Assembly: GCA_964405465.1 (NCBI GenBank)
Contig: CAYONZ010000015.1
Span: forward strand, 3,721 to 67,720
Source: an uncultured Bdellovibrionales bacterium
GTDB lineage: Bacteria > Bdellovibrionota > Bdellovibrionia > Bdellovibrionales > JAMPXM01
Length of the DNA stretch: 64,000 nt
Direction of reading: 5' to 3'
The notes under the pieces: model-generated
The model's input: the letters and a program-made list of their open reading frames with translations, nothing else
Told to the model about the DNA's origin: nothing
The model's database searches: none
Made by a program: the position numbers and the translations under genes
Shown here: piece after piece, positions 27,772 to 36,700 of the stretch
Layout of the letters: every line of letters begins with the position of its first letter
Numbering within the stretch: the stretch's first letter is position 1

Positions 27772-30232
27772 TTTCTACTCCTACCAATTCAAAATCGACT
27801 TTGCCTGCCTCAGGGTCGGCAGCCACCACTCGCACCTTCAAAATGTCACCCAATGAAAATGATTGTCCAGTACGTTTGCCCACCAGTCGCAAGTTTTGCT
27901 GATCAAATTCAAAACGATCATTGCCAAGTCTTTCAATCTTGATCAGTCCATCAACATCATAGGCGCGAAGTTGAACAAAGATACCAAACTTCGTGACCGA
28001 ACTGACCATACCCTCAAACTCACTTCCTACAAATTGCTTGATGAACCTCGCTTTTTTTATTGAAATCAATTGCCTCTCGGCCTTTGCTGATCTCTGTTCA
28101 CAAGCGCTTAACATTACACCTGCGGTTTCCAGCTCTTCGATGCGAAGCTTGTCTCTGTTGTATTTTGGGTACAAAACACTTTTGGTCAACCGATGGACGA
28201 TTAAATCTGGGTATCGCCGAATCGGAGAAGTAAAATGTGCGTAGTGAGAAAATCCCAATCCAAAGTGACCTACGTTCTCTGGACTATATTTCGCCTGATT
28301 CATTGATCGAAGTGTTAAAATATTCAATATCGTAGCTTCTGGTTTTCCTGCAAACGACTCAAGTGCTCGAGTGATTTTCTTTTGCAACTTGCCACCCTCA
28401 AGACTTCTTGGCCCCCCAAAATTAAAGAGAAAGCGCTCGAGAGATTTGAGATTCTCATCCATTGGTGGTTCATGAACACGATAAAGAGCAGGGACCTGCT
28501 TTTCATCCAAAAATTCAGCCACAGAAATATTGGCTGCCAACATTAACTCCTCGATCAGACGATGCGCGAATAGCCGTTCTGTCTTGATGATATCAGTTGT
28601 GTTTCCTGATGGATCAACGACAACTTGGGTTTCTGGAATTTCAAGATCAAGTGAACCCTCTCGAAATCTTTTTGCCATCAGGATTTTTGCCAAACCTGCG
28701 GCAGCGCGAATATGCTCGGCCACATGTTTGATTTTTTCGGGTGGATTTCCATCAATCGCCTCTTGTGCCTCTCCATATGTCACTCGCGCCTTTGACTCCA
28801 TCACAGCTTCGTAAAACTTCTTGCTTTGAATTTCTCCCTCAAAGCTGATTTGCATTTCACAAACAAAGCAAAGGCGAACGACATGGGGTTTGAGCGAACA
28901 CAGTTCATTACTCAATTCCTCTGGTAACATCGGAACCACATAGTTTGGAAAATAAGTGCTCGTACCTCGCTCGAAAGCTTCTATGTCTAACGCTGTCTCT
29001 GCTATGACATAGTGACTGACATCTGCAATGGCTACCCAGAGTTTGAAGCCACTCGGAGTTTGCTCCACATAAATGGCATCGTCAAAATCACGCGCCGTTG
29101 CTCCGTCAATCGTTATCAAACTTTTTTCTCTGAGGTCCACTCGTCCGGCTATGTCTTCTGGCCTGACCTCCGTCCCCCATTTTCGGGCATCACGAAGAGC
29201 ATTTTGGGAAAACTCATGTGGGATATGATGGTGAAATATCATGCGTTTCACATCGTTAATCGGATCATCGGCGTCACCCAAAATCTGCACAACACGTCCG
29301 GTAAAATCGTCCGTCTCACTCGGATAGGTCAGCACATCCACTGCAACCATATCACCCTCTTTAGCTCCACCACTATCGGCAGCGGCAATGCGGAGGTCAG
29401 CTCCCCATCCCCGCCCCTCATCCAAAATCACACCGTATTTCAAGTCGACAGGAAGATACCGACCGACGATGCGCTGATGTGCTCGACTGATCACTCGCGT
29501 GATTTCTCCAGCTAATCTGTCCTGGGAATCTTTTTTATAAACACGGACCTCAACCTTGTCGTTTGTCATTACCGCAGACATATACTGGCGAGGAACATAA
29601 ACGTCCGGATAGGCCTTATCATCACAGAGTAAGAAACCAAAACCATCCGGATGGCGTTTAATCGTCCCGATCAACAAGTCTTTACGCCCCGCCTGTGGCT
29701 TTTCTGCACTCGGTTTCACCGGCATTTGATATTTTCCTGCGCTTCGCCGAGGGGACTCCGTCCCCTGCTTTGGGGACGGAGTCCCCCTTGGGGAAGTGGA
29801 GGCGGAAGAACTTTTTGATACTCCCCTTGAATTCTGATTCTCATGATTTTCACGGTATTTCCCACCGCTTTTTCGTTTTGATTTGCGACCGACTAAATCC
29901 TCTTCTTTTCGCGACACTTGGCGATCATCTTTTGTCGTACTCTTCTGCGATCGATTTTTTTTCGATGTTTTCTTATAAGTCTTTCCACTTCCCACTTCGG
30001 ACTTTGCTTTTTCTTCGGAGGTTCTCGTTAGCCCAAAGCTTGTCTGATTTTTTCTTGGCTCGGTCTTTCCGCTTCCACCAAAAAGACTAGAGAGACTTCG
30101 CGACGAAGACGCTTTGATCTGTAAACCACTCCGTCCCACTGACTTTTCAGCCCTTGAAACGATTTCAGATTTACTATTTGACCCGCCGGCCGATTCATTA
30201 CGAGACTTTTGTTTTTTTCTGTTATTTCTCAT
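27653..30232 (-). CDS. rnr: ribonuclease R with a roughly 200-aa Ser/Lys/Arg-rich N-terminal extension
   Basis: CSD (HPDGFGFL), RNB core and C-terminal S1 (GMVSSVTKFGIFVQL) followed by a basic tail. The ORF is open to 30322, so the start is uncertain. Confidence 0.9.
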   Translation of the reverse strand: MRNNRKKQKSRNESAGGSNSKSEIVSRAEKSVGRSGLQIKASSSRSLSSLFGGSGKTEPRKNQTSFGLTRTSEEKAKSEVGSGKTYKKTSKKNRSQKSTTKDDRQVSRKEEDLVGRKSKRKSGGKYRENHENQNSRGVSKSSSASTSPRGTPSPKQGTESPRRSAGKYQMPVKPSAEKPQAGRKDLLIGTIKRHPDGFGFLLCDDKAYPDVYVPRQYMSAVMTNDKVEVRVYKKDSQDRLAGEITRVISRAHQRIVGRYLPVDLKYGVILDEGRGWGADLRIAAADSGGAKEGDMVAVDVLTYPSETDDFTGRVVQILGDADDPINDVKRMIFHHHIPHEFSQNALRDARKWGTEVRPEDIAGRVDLREKSLITIDGATARDFDDAIYVEQTPSGFKLWVAIADVSHYVIAETALDIEAFERGTSTYFPNYVVPMLPEELSNELCSLKPHVVRLCFVCEMQISFEGEIQSKKFYEAVMESKARVTYGEAQEAIDGNPPEKIKHVAEHIRAAAGLAKILMAKRFREGSLDLEIPETQVVVDPSGNTTDIIKTERLFAHRLIEELMLAANISVAEFLDEKQVPALYRVHEPPMDENLKSLERFLFNFGGPRSLEGGKLQKKITRALESFAGKPEATILNILTLRSMNQAKYSPENVGHFGLGFSHYAHFTSPIRRYPDLIVHRLTKSVLYPKYNRDKLRIEELETAGVMLSACEQRSAKAERQLISIKKARFIKQFVGSEFEGMVSSVTKFGIFVQLRAYDVDGLIKIERLGNDRFEFDQQNLRLVGKRTGQSFSLGDILKVRVVAADPEAGKVDFELVGVEIESSKGSDENRKYVQKRGKTENNRGRVRKERVSKRRRKN
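29168..29177 (-). repeat. GGGGACGGAG motif copy (exact)
   Basis: CTCCGTCCCC on the + strand. Inside rnr; the sense strand reads W-G-T-E-V. Confidence 0.9.
29751..29786. repeat. perfect 15-bp inverted repeat made of two motif copies (GGGGACTCCGTCCCC-tgcttt-GGGGACGGAGTCCCC)
   Basis: Read directly. Motif copies at 29756-29765 and 29772-29781. It lies inside the rnr N-terminal extension (codons R-G-T-P-S-P-K-Q-G-T-E-S-P). Confidence 0.95.
30129..30138 (-). repeat. GGGGACGGAG motif, 9/10 copy
   Basis: CTCCGTCCCa on the + strand. In the rnr N-terminal extension (V-G-R-S-G). Confidence 0.6.
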
Positions 30233-30352
30233 TACCCAAAACGCTAACACACGCCCCATACCGAAGGAATCTTTAGTCAGCCCCACCAAGCACATCGCGT
30301 TACATACACTTTGATTTTCCAACCGACCTCATCTACCATCAGAGGTCGTTGG

Positions 30353-30439
30353 GCCCGGATGGCGGAACTGGTAGACGCGCTAGATTCAGGTTCTAGTCCT
30401 CGCAAGGGGGTGGAGGTTCAAGTCCTCTTTCGGGCACCA
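30353..30439 (+). tRNA. tRNA-Leu (anticodon CAG), encoded CCA
   Basis: Hand-folded cloverleaf. Acceptor GCCCGGA/TTCGGGC, anticodon stem CTAGA/TCTAG with loop TTCAGGT, long variable arm, T-arm GGAGG-TTCAAGT-CCTCT, and 3' ACCA. Confidence 0.9.
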
Positions 30440-30853
30440 TCTTTTAACAATCATCAATCACTCTGTCTGATCACGGTTTTTGATATTTATCCCAATTACT
30501 AACATTCGATTTCAAAATTCACCCACTGTGTTCGATACAGATTGCGATCTGGCCATTTAAAAAATTAATTAAAATAAAAAAATCAAATGCGAAAGTTTTA
30601 ATCCCATAATATTTCAGCTTGAGACTCCGGCTAAATATTTCGACCCACTCTCTATCTGACAAGAAGACAATCGGAACTTAAAAATGGCCCACCCCGGACA
30701 GAGGAGGAATAGTGATTTTAGTTTGATAGAAATATGTCACAATTTACTTTTCAGTTCGAATTCGTCTGTGAAATTGCGGTTCAGGTCTTCATTTTGAAAA
30801 TCGAAATTTCTACAGTTCACGACTCCATCAGAATGTCTTACGCCAACCACGAA

Positions 30854-32245
30854 CTAGCCGAAAACAACACCCGTGACCTCGGTGTTCAGCTTAAAGAGAG
30901 AATCTCCAAGTCGTGCTACCAATATCTTTTTTGCTTCGTCCAGTGGTAGCCAATAGTAGTGAAAATTGAGACTCTTATCTGCATCGGTCCCAGTAACTTT
31001 ATGTGTCCACCTGTCCTTAATTTGAAAGTCTCCAACCAAGTGGTACACATGCCGTTTTGTGTACCTTTGGGACCATTCAGCAAAAAAGAGATACTCATCT
31101 ATTTTGTTTATTGAAAATGGACCACATAGACCTGATTCTTCAAAGACCTCCCTTAACAGCTCCTGCTCAGTGTCTGTTCCACATTCAATGATCCCCGCTG
31201 GAACCTGAGTTCCCGCATCTGCAAAATGCTTGTCATGGTCAAACACCAAAAGTTCAGGTCTATTCTGGCCCTTTCGAGTTCGAGTAATGTATGCAACAAC
31301 TTTTGTCGAAATTTTTTGTTTGGAGGAATCGTGGACTTTCATGACCTGATCCCTCGCCTCCCCCAGAGCATCAGCAAGAGTCACCCAGTATCGCCGAACA
31401 TATTCATTTTTGATTTTATCAAAAAATCTATTTTCCAGATGAGCAGAATACCCCTCAACGATTCTCCACGACGGTGTATTCTGATCTCCGCATGTGATCA
31501 GAACTTTTTCTAAGCCAAGCTTTTGGCAAATTCCCAATCCCTGGCGATAGATTTCGAATCCATATCCACGCCCTCGGTACTTTGGGTTCACGGCATATCC
31601 GATGTGCCCGCCTCGCTCCATGAGCGCCGTGTTTAATTCGTGACGAATGTTGATTCTCCCCACAATTTTTTCTCTTACAAAAGCATAAAGCATTGTCGAC
31701 GCCACTTGACCCGAGCCAACTGAAATGGGGTTTTTCTGAAGATCGAGAAGCTGGAGGTGCTCTCCAAAAGACATCCCAGAGGACCACAGAAATGTGAACC
31801 AAGAAACTCCCTCTTTTTTCCACTCCTCTAGCCCCTCAAAAAATGCAACCTCGTCGTCAGCGTTAAGTTCACGTAGAATCAATTCCTCCATAAACATTTC
31901 CTCATTTTCATTTAAATTTTTTCCAGAATTCAACGATCGAACATGTTCGCACACCGAGAAAGAACGGGGGTAATCCAAAATTTTTTTCGATAATAGTATT
32001 TCGCAGTCCTCTTGTTCCGGACAACCGATAGTCTCTTCCAAAGCGAGATAGCGCAACCAGTTAGGGAATCTTTGAGCTCTTACCTTTAAACCAGGGGTCC
32101 GGAAGGAGTGCAAAAGGTAGATCATGAACCGCGTCCAATACCCCTGGAGGCACTCACTTTGGGGGGACGGAGTACTACTTTCTGAATTTGTTTTCTTATT
32201 TGAAAAAGCCAACAACAAAGTGCCAATTATATGGCCGGATCGCAA
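30854..32245 (-). CDS. GNAT N-acetyltransferase / NUDIX hydrolase fusion protein
   Basis: GNAT core (YRGRGYGFEIYRQG) followed by a Nudix box GIIECGTDTEQELLREVFEESGL. The N-terminal ~130 aa are unrecognised and the start is uncertain. Confidence 0.65.
   Translation of the reverse strand: MRSGHIIGTLLLAFSNKKTNSESSTPSPQSECLQGYWTRFMIYLLHSFRTPGLKVRAQRFPNWLRYLALEETIGCPEQEDCEILLSKKILDYPRSFSVCEHVRSLNSGKNLNENEEMFMEELILRELNADDEVAFFEGLEEWKKEGVSWFTFLWSSGMSFGEHLQLLDLQKNPISVGSGQVASTMLYAFVREKIVGRINIRHELNTALMERGGHIGYAVNPKYRGRGYGFEIYRQGLGICQKLGLEKVLITCGDQNTPSWRIVEGYSAHLENRFFDKIKNEYVRRYWVTLADALGEARDQVMKVHDSSKQKISTKVVAYITRTRKGQNRPELLVFDHDKHFADAGTQVPAGIIECGTDTEQELLREVFEESGLCGPFSINKIDEYLFFAEWSQRYTKRHVYHLVGDFQIKDRWTHKVTGTDADKSLNFHYYWLPLDEAKKILVARLGDSLFKLNTEVTGVVFG
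32163..32172 (+). repeat. GGGGACGGAG motif copy (exact)
   Basis: In the N-terminal region of the GNAT-Nudix ORF. The sense strand carries the C-rich complement (T-P-S-P). Confidence 0.9.
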
Positions 32246-32288
32246 AAGAATCTGTATTTATTGAGCCTTTACCAATACGCTTGTACTC

Positions 32289-32666
32289 GTGATTACTAAA
32301 ACTAAAAATTTCGTCTTTCTAATTATTGGTTGGATCTTCGTGGCTCTGGGGATCATTGGACTCTTTCTTCCCGTAATGCCTACGACTCCCTTTCTAATTG
32401 CTGCTGCCTATTTTTTTTCACGAGGTTCTCCTAAATACCACCAATGGCTGTTGGAACGCCCAATTCTAGGCAAACAATTGAGCGATTGGGAGAGAGACGG
32501 AATTATTTCCAGACGCACTAAGGTCCTCGCGGTGTCCATGATTGCTGTTTCGTTCTCAAGTATTTTCGTACTGGTAGATGCTCCATCATGGGCAAAAACG
32601 GCAATGCTGTTTGTCGGCTTAGTTGTCTCTATCTTTATACTGTCTCGCCCTTCGAGTAAGCCTTGA
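32289..32666 (+). CDS. ybaN: DUF454 inner-membrane protein (YbaN family)
   Basis: LGIIGLFLPVMPTTPFLIAAAYFFSRGSPKYHQWLL is the YbaN signature. GTG start. Confidence 0.75.
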   Translation: MITKTKNFVFLIIGWIFVALGIIGLFLPVMPTTPFLIAAAYFFSRGSPKYHQWLLERPILGKQLSDWERDGIISRRTKVLAVSMIAVSFSSIFVLVDAPSWAKTAMLFVGLVVSIFILSRPSSKP

Positions 32667-32711
32667 AAAGGTTTGAAACCTAATATCCATTGCTACTATT
32701 TTCCTATGGTA

Positions 32712-33596
32712 TTAGGAGGCTCCGTCCCCTTTTATCGCCTCTTCCTGGGGAAGTTTGCGGCCAACAGCCATTAAGGTGCGACCCGATCCCAGGAGAACTG
32801 GATCACTCGAATAATCAAAGAGAAAGTCAGCCCACTTCTTTTTCAATCTCTCAGGTAAACGGTTAAAAATTTCGTCAAAAGCACCGATACATGGATCAGT
32901 TACATGTAGTGCTTCGAGTTCGAGATCCGCCACGTTGTGCAACGACCGGACATCCTCAAAGGAACTAAAATATCCACGAAACATTCCATTCCTGGGATGA
33001 TCCTTTACAAAACCAGATTGCATCATTTCTTTTGCCTGCTCCGGTACACGCTCAAGCCATTCCGGAAATAGTGCCAATTGATACGACATCAATCCCATCC
33101 TAGTTAAAAAAGAACTAAAGATTTTCCCATTTGGAGAGAGCAGCATTTCGATGTCTTTCATCAATTTGTGCCTATCATCACTTTTTACCAGGTGATACAA
33201 TGGGCCCATAACTAAAATTGCATCAAATTTTTCAGGAACCAACGATCTTACCTCCCTGGCGTCCCCCACTACAAAGCTGACTTGCGAACCAAACTCTGAA
33301 ACCCTTCTTCGATTTTCGTCAATTAATTCCTCTGTCAAATCTAGCGCGGTCACCTTGTGTCCGGCCTCAAGCAAATATTGAGTATATCGTCCGGAACCTG
33401 CTCCCAACTCGAGTACATTTTGAGGAGATTTTAAATAAGAATCCAAAACCTTTTTTGTGATCGCAAATTCCAACTGCTGAGTCTGTAACCTCCCACTCTC
33501 TCCGTTTTTTCTGTAATACTGAGCAATATCCGCCAGATCTTCGAACTCCGTCCCCTCATTTTTGACGCTCTTTTTGTCACTGCCTTCATTTTTCAT
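32712..33596 (-). CDS. class I SAM-dependent methyltransferase
   Basis: VLELGAGSGRYT..KVTALDL motifs. Confidence 0.75.
   Translation of the reverse strand: MKNEGSDKKSVKNEGTEFEDLADIAQYYRKNGESGRLQTQQLEFAITKKVLDSYLKSPQNVLELGAGSGRYTQYLLEAGHKVTALDLTEELIDENRRRVSEFGSQVSFVVGDAREVRSLVPEKFDAILVMGPLYHLVKSDDRHKLMKDIEMLLSPNGKIFSSFLTRMGLMSYQLALFPEWLERVPEQAKEMMQSGFVKDHPRNGMFRGYFSSFEDVRSLHNVADLELEALHVTDPCIGAFDEIFNRLPERLKKKWADFLFDYSSDPVLLGSGRTLMAVGRKLPQEEAIKGDGAS
32720..32729 (-). repeat. GGGGACGGAG motif copy (exact)
   Basis: Covers the last codons of the methyltransferase (K-G-D-G-A-S-stop). Confidence 0.9.
33546..33555 (-). repeat. GGGGACGGAG motif copy (exact)
   Basis: At the methyltransferase N-terminus (N-E-G-T-E-F). 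Confidence 0.9.
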
Positions 33597-34824
33597 CGCA
33601 ACATGCTCTCCTACCCTCTATGCCGTCGACCTTTTCAATCAATCGAAAAACTACCAATGCTCCAGCCGAAACTATCGCAGCCATTGTATAGGCCGCCCCA
33701 GGGAAAAACATCACAGAACGTGACCCTGCAAAATGCGCAAATAAATTTGAATACAACAAAGGAGCAATTATCGCTGTCAAACTCGCAATTGAATTCAGTG
33801 TTCCCTGCAACTTCCCCTGTTGCTTCGTCTGAACTTTTCGCGCAATCAATGACTGAATAGACGGCCCTGCCAGACCTGATACACATGTCGCTGTCACTAT
33901 CGCATACATCATCCACCCCTTGGTCGCCAACGCGAAGCCCAAGAATCCCAGACAATTTATCAATATTGAAATCTTCAGGGCACGTACCTCTCCAATTTTT
34001 GGAACCAACAATCCCGTCAAAATTCCCTGCGAAATCGACATTACCAAACCTACATATGCCAAAGAAAAACCAACCTCTCTCGCCCCCCAACCAAACTTCG
34101 ATTGAGTATAAAGGGTCCAATTGCTAGGATGAACCTGCCCTGCCAAAAACATCAAAAAATAAATCAACAACAAACCAGAAATATTTTGCATCACAAAAAT
34201 CGATTTCAGCGCTGAAAAAGGATTCACCTTTTTAAAGGCCAGTGAATTGCGTTTTTCCATTGGAAGTGACTCAGGAAGAACAAAAAATCCCCAAACAAAA
34301 TTCAAGAAATTCATCAAAGCAGCCGCAATAAACGGATAGGTGTACCCATAGCTTCCCAAAGCACCACCAATTGAGGGACCAATGATAAATCCCAATCCAA
34401 ATCCAACGCCAATAAAACCGAAATTTTTCGTTCGATTTTTATCATCTGAAATATCAGCAATATATGAACTAGCCACCGTCATCCCAGCTCCTGTGAGTCC
34501 AGATAACACTCTTCCAAAAAACAGCAGAGGCAGGCTAGGTGCAAATCCCATAAACAAATAATCCAAACTTGCTCCCAATAAGGAGACCAACAGTACAGGC
34601 CTTCGACCAAATCGATCCGAAATCGCCCCAAGCACAGGAGATGCAAGAAACTGCATCAATGCATACACCGCCACAAAGTATCCAAAATACCTCGTTACAA
34701 AATCCTCACTATTCCCGAATCTTCGAATTGCCTCCGGTAGAACCGGAATAACAATGCCCACTCCAATCCACTCTAATAAAACCGTCACAAAAACAAATTG
34801 TATAGTTGCTCTCGAACTCTTCAT
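33586..34824 (-). CDS. MFS transporter (DHA1 / TetA-like)
   Basis: 12-TM pattern with motif A GAISDRFGRRPVLL. Confidence 0.85.
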   Translation of the reverse strand: MKSSRATIQFVFVTVLLEWIGVGIVIPVLPEAIRRFGNSEDFVTRYFGYFVAVYALMQFLASPVLGAISDRFGRRPVLLVSLLGASLDYLFMGFAPSLPLLFFGRVLSGLTGAGMTVASSYIADISDDKNRTKNFGFIGVGFGLGFIIGPSIGGALGSYGYTYPFIAAALMNFLNFVWGFFVLPESLPMEKRNSLAFKKVNPFSALKSIFVMQNISGLLLIYFLMFLAGQVHPSNWTLYTQSKFGWGAREVGFSLAYVGLVMSISQGILTGLLVPKIGEVRALKISILINCLGFLGFALATKGWMMYAIVTATCVSGLAGPSIQSLIARKVQTKQQGKLQGTLNSIASLTAIIAPLLYSNLFAHFAGSRSVMFFPGAAYTMAAIVSAGALVVFRLIEKVDGIEGRRACCDEK

Positions 34825-35179
34825 TTAAAACGCACCCGCTCTTCCCTTATTATTTCGATGGCCAGCACCACACACCAAGATCCCAAATACAATTAAATCA
34901 TCACTATGTCGGATATAGGAAACCGAATAATTCCTTGGATTCCTGTGTACCAAATCCCAAAAGGTCCGATTTGGATGCCCCAGGTTACTACCAGAACTGC
35001 CACTCGAAATGCGAAAGGTACATCCCGATCTTGAATTCTAATCGACTTGTCAATGACTAGGTTTTTCCCAAAAAACCCAGCCAGAATCTTGAAAAGAATA
35101 TACCTACGCTGTTAGCATCAGACGATTATTTCTGCATGAAAGTTTTAAAGTCGAGTACTTTCCAAACCCACAAAGCATT

Positions 35180-35208
35180 CTCATTCATAACGAAACCGTG
35201 TGAATGAG
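35180..35208 (+). repeat. 8-bp hairpin (CTCATTCA-N13-TGAATGAG) just upstream of the RAYT gene
   Basis: Read directly. A motif copy at 35220 follows 11 nt later. Confidence 0.5.
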
Positions 35209-36049
35209 TAATTGGGGCCGGGGACGGAGACTTGAGCAGAAAATAAATACGGTCGCAATTCGGATGATTCAGACGACCAACTTGTCTTTAATCAGATTTC
35301 AACGTTGTCCCCGAATTGCACGATTCGACCACATGAGAATATCGAGGACACAACAACTTCACCCTTTTTCCGCTAGCACACATATGTACTGGAAATGCCA
35401 CAATCACGAATACTATCTCCAAAAGAACTCAATAAAAGATCTTTACATAAAATGCATAAATGAATCACTAAATCGAAAAAGCTCATATCACTCTAAAATC
35501 ACCATTTCCTCCTTCTGCGTAATGAGTAACCATTTTCACCAAATCGCTTCATATAGAAATTCATCTATTCACCTTTCCAATCACATGCGATACAGCCAGG
35601 GGTTATTTGGCGCTCGTTACAATCGCATGAATAGTCGAGCTGGAAAGGTTTCGATCGGACGACCAAAGACTCCGCTTATTCAAAATAGCACCCATGAGAT
35701 GAAAGTTCATTTATACATCGAAGCAAATCCAATTAGAGCAGGCATATGTAAAATACAGGATCTTAAATATTTCAAACATTGCTCATTTAGATTCTATGCC
35801 TTTGGAATTGAAGATCAAATCACAAAAATTCTGACGATACCTCAATGGTACCTAGACTTAGGAAGAACTTCTTTGGAAAGACAGAAAAAATATAGGGAAC
35901 TTTTTTTGGCAGCTCTCAAGTCTTACGCATTTTCCCCGGCAAAATACCTAAGGTTTCAATTGCCGTTTATTGGTTCACAAAAATGGATAAAATCTCAGCA
36001 TTGCCGTCTAGCAAAAATAAAAAAGTTAAATTCGCTCAACGACTCCTAG
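35204..36049 (+). CDS. REP-associated tyrosine transposase (RAYT) / IS200-like Y1 HUH transposase
   Basis: HUH motif in VMSNHFHQIA and the catalytic-Tyr helix HLYIEANPIRAGICK. The spacing and the LFGARYNRMNSRAGKV segment fit the Y1_Tnp (COG1943) family. There is no tnpB partner. The start is uncertain (35204, 35264 or 35333). Confidence 0.75.
   Translation: MSNWGRGRRLEQKINTVAIRMIQTTNLSLIRFQRCPRIARFDHMRISRTQQLHPFSASTHMYWKCHNHEYYLQKNSIKDLYIKCINESLNRKSSYHSKITISSFCVMSNHFHQIASYRNSSIHLSNHMRYSQGLFGARYNRMNSRAGKVSIGRPKTPLIQNSTHEMKVHLYIEANPIRAGICKIQDLKYFKHCSFRFYAFGIEDQITKILTIPQWYLDLGRTSLERQKKYRELFLAALKSYAFSPAKYLRFQLPFIGSQKWIKSQHCRLAKIKKLNSLNDS
35220..35229 (+). repeat. GGGGACGGAG motif copy (exact) at the 5' edge of the RAYT ORF
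   Basis: Context GGGGCCGGGGACGGAGAC. It lies upstream of the internal Met codons at 35264 and 35333 that may be the real start. Confidence 0.9.
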
Positions 36050-36052
36050 ATT

Positions 36053-36700
36053 CTATTTACCTTTATCGATAATTCGCCCCTCATACATATAAAACACATC
36101 TCCGCCAAATACTTCGACATCTCCTGGGTCATGTGTAATCAGCATTGTTGGAATTTTATTTCTCTCAATCAGTGATTTTATCAATGATCTGGCCTCTGCT
36201 TTATTTTCAGCATCCAACGCTGAAAATGGCTCGTCCAACAGCAATATCCTTGGCTGTCTAGCAATCGCTCTTGCTATTGCGACTCGCTGTTTTTCACCTC
36301 CAGACAATTCTCCACCCTTTCGATCGGCACATCCACTCAAACGCAATTGATCTATTAAACTCTGAACACGGAGGCTCCGTCCCTTTTTGTCGCCTCCGAC
36401 TAAAGTCAGGGGAAATTCTATATTTTCTCTGACTGTCATATGTGGAAATATTTCTAAACTCTGAAAAACTACACCAATATTTCTTTCCAAATGACTAATT
36501 TTTAAAAGGTCCGTCCCCTTCCATTCCCAAGTCCATTCTTGCTGTGGTATTTCCAAACCAATTAGAGAACGAAAAAGAGTTGTCTTGCCGGATCCCGAAG
36601 GTCCCAGCAAACAAGTAGCTCCAATATCTGACAAAAACAATTCGGGTACATTCAAACAGAAACTACCCAACCTAACCTTAAGGTTTCTTATAACCGACAT
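36053..36700 (-). CDS. thiQ: thiamine-type ABC transporter ATP-binding protein
   Basis: Walker A GPSGSGKTT, signature LSGGEKQRV and Walker B LLLDEPFSALD. Last gene of the thiB-thiP-thiQ arrangement. Confidence 0.7.
   Translation of the reverse strand: MSVIRNLKVRLGSFCLNVPELFLSDIGATCLLGPSGSGKTTLFRSLIGLEIPQQEWTWEWKGTDLLKISHLERNIGVVFQSLEIFPHMTVRENIEFPLTLVGGDKKGRSLRVQSLIDQLRLSGCADRKGGELSGGEKQRVAIARAIARQPRILLLDEPFSALDAENKAEARSLIKSLIERNKIPTMLITHDPGDVEVFGGDVFYMYEGRIIDKGK
36375..36384 (-). repeat. GGGGACGGAG motif, 9/10 copy
   Basis: CTCCGTCCCt on the + strand. In thiQ (K-G-R-S-L). Confidence 0.6.
36509..36518 (-). repeat. GGGGACGGAG motif, 9/10 copy
   Basis: gTCCGTCCCC on the + strand. In thiQ (K-G-T-D-L). 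Confidence 0.6.

Noticed and set aside
34806-35060. The 84-aa ORF in the gap between the MFS gene and the RAYT.
   Set aside because: It has no SD, an odd composition and no recognisable family. The 380-bp gap is better treated as unannotated intergenic DNA.
30440-36049. A genomic island integrated at tRNA-Leu.
   Set aside because: There is no integrase or recombinase apart from the RAYT, and I could find no direct repeat of the tRNA 3' end. Housekeeping genes (thiBPQ, nth) follow directly.
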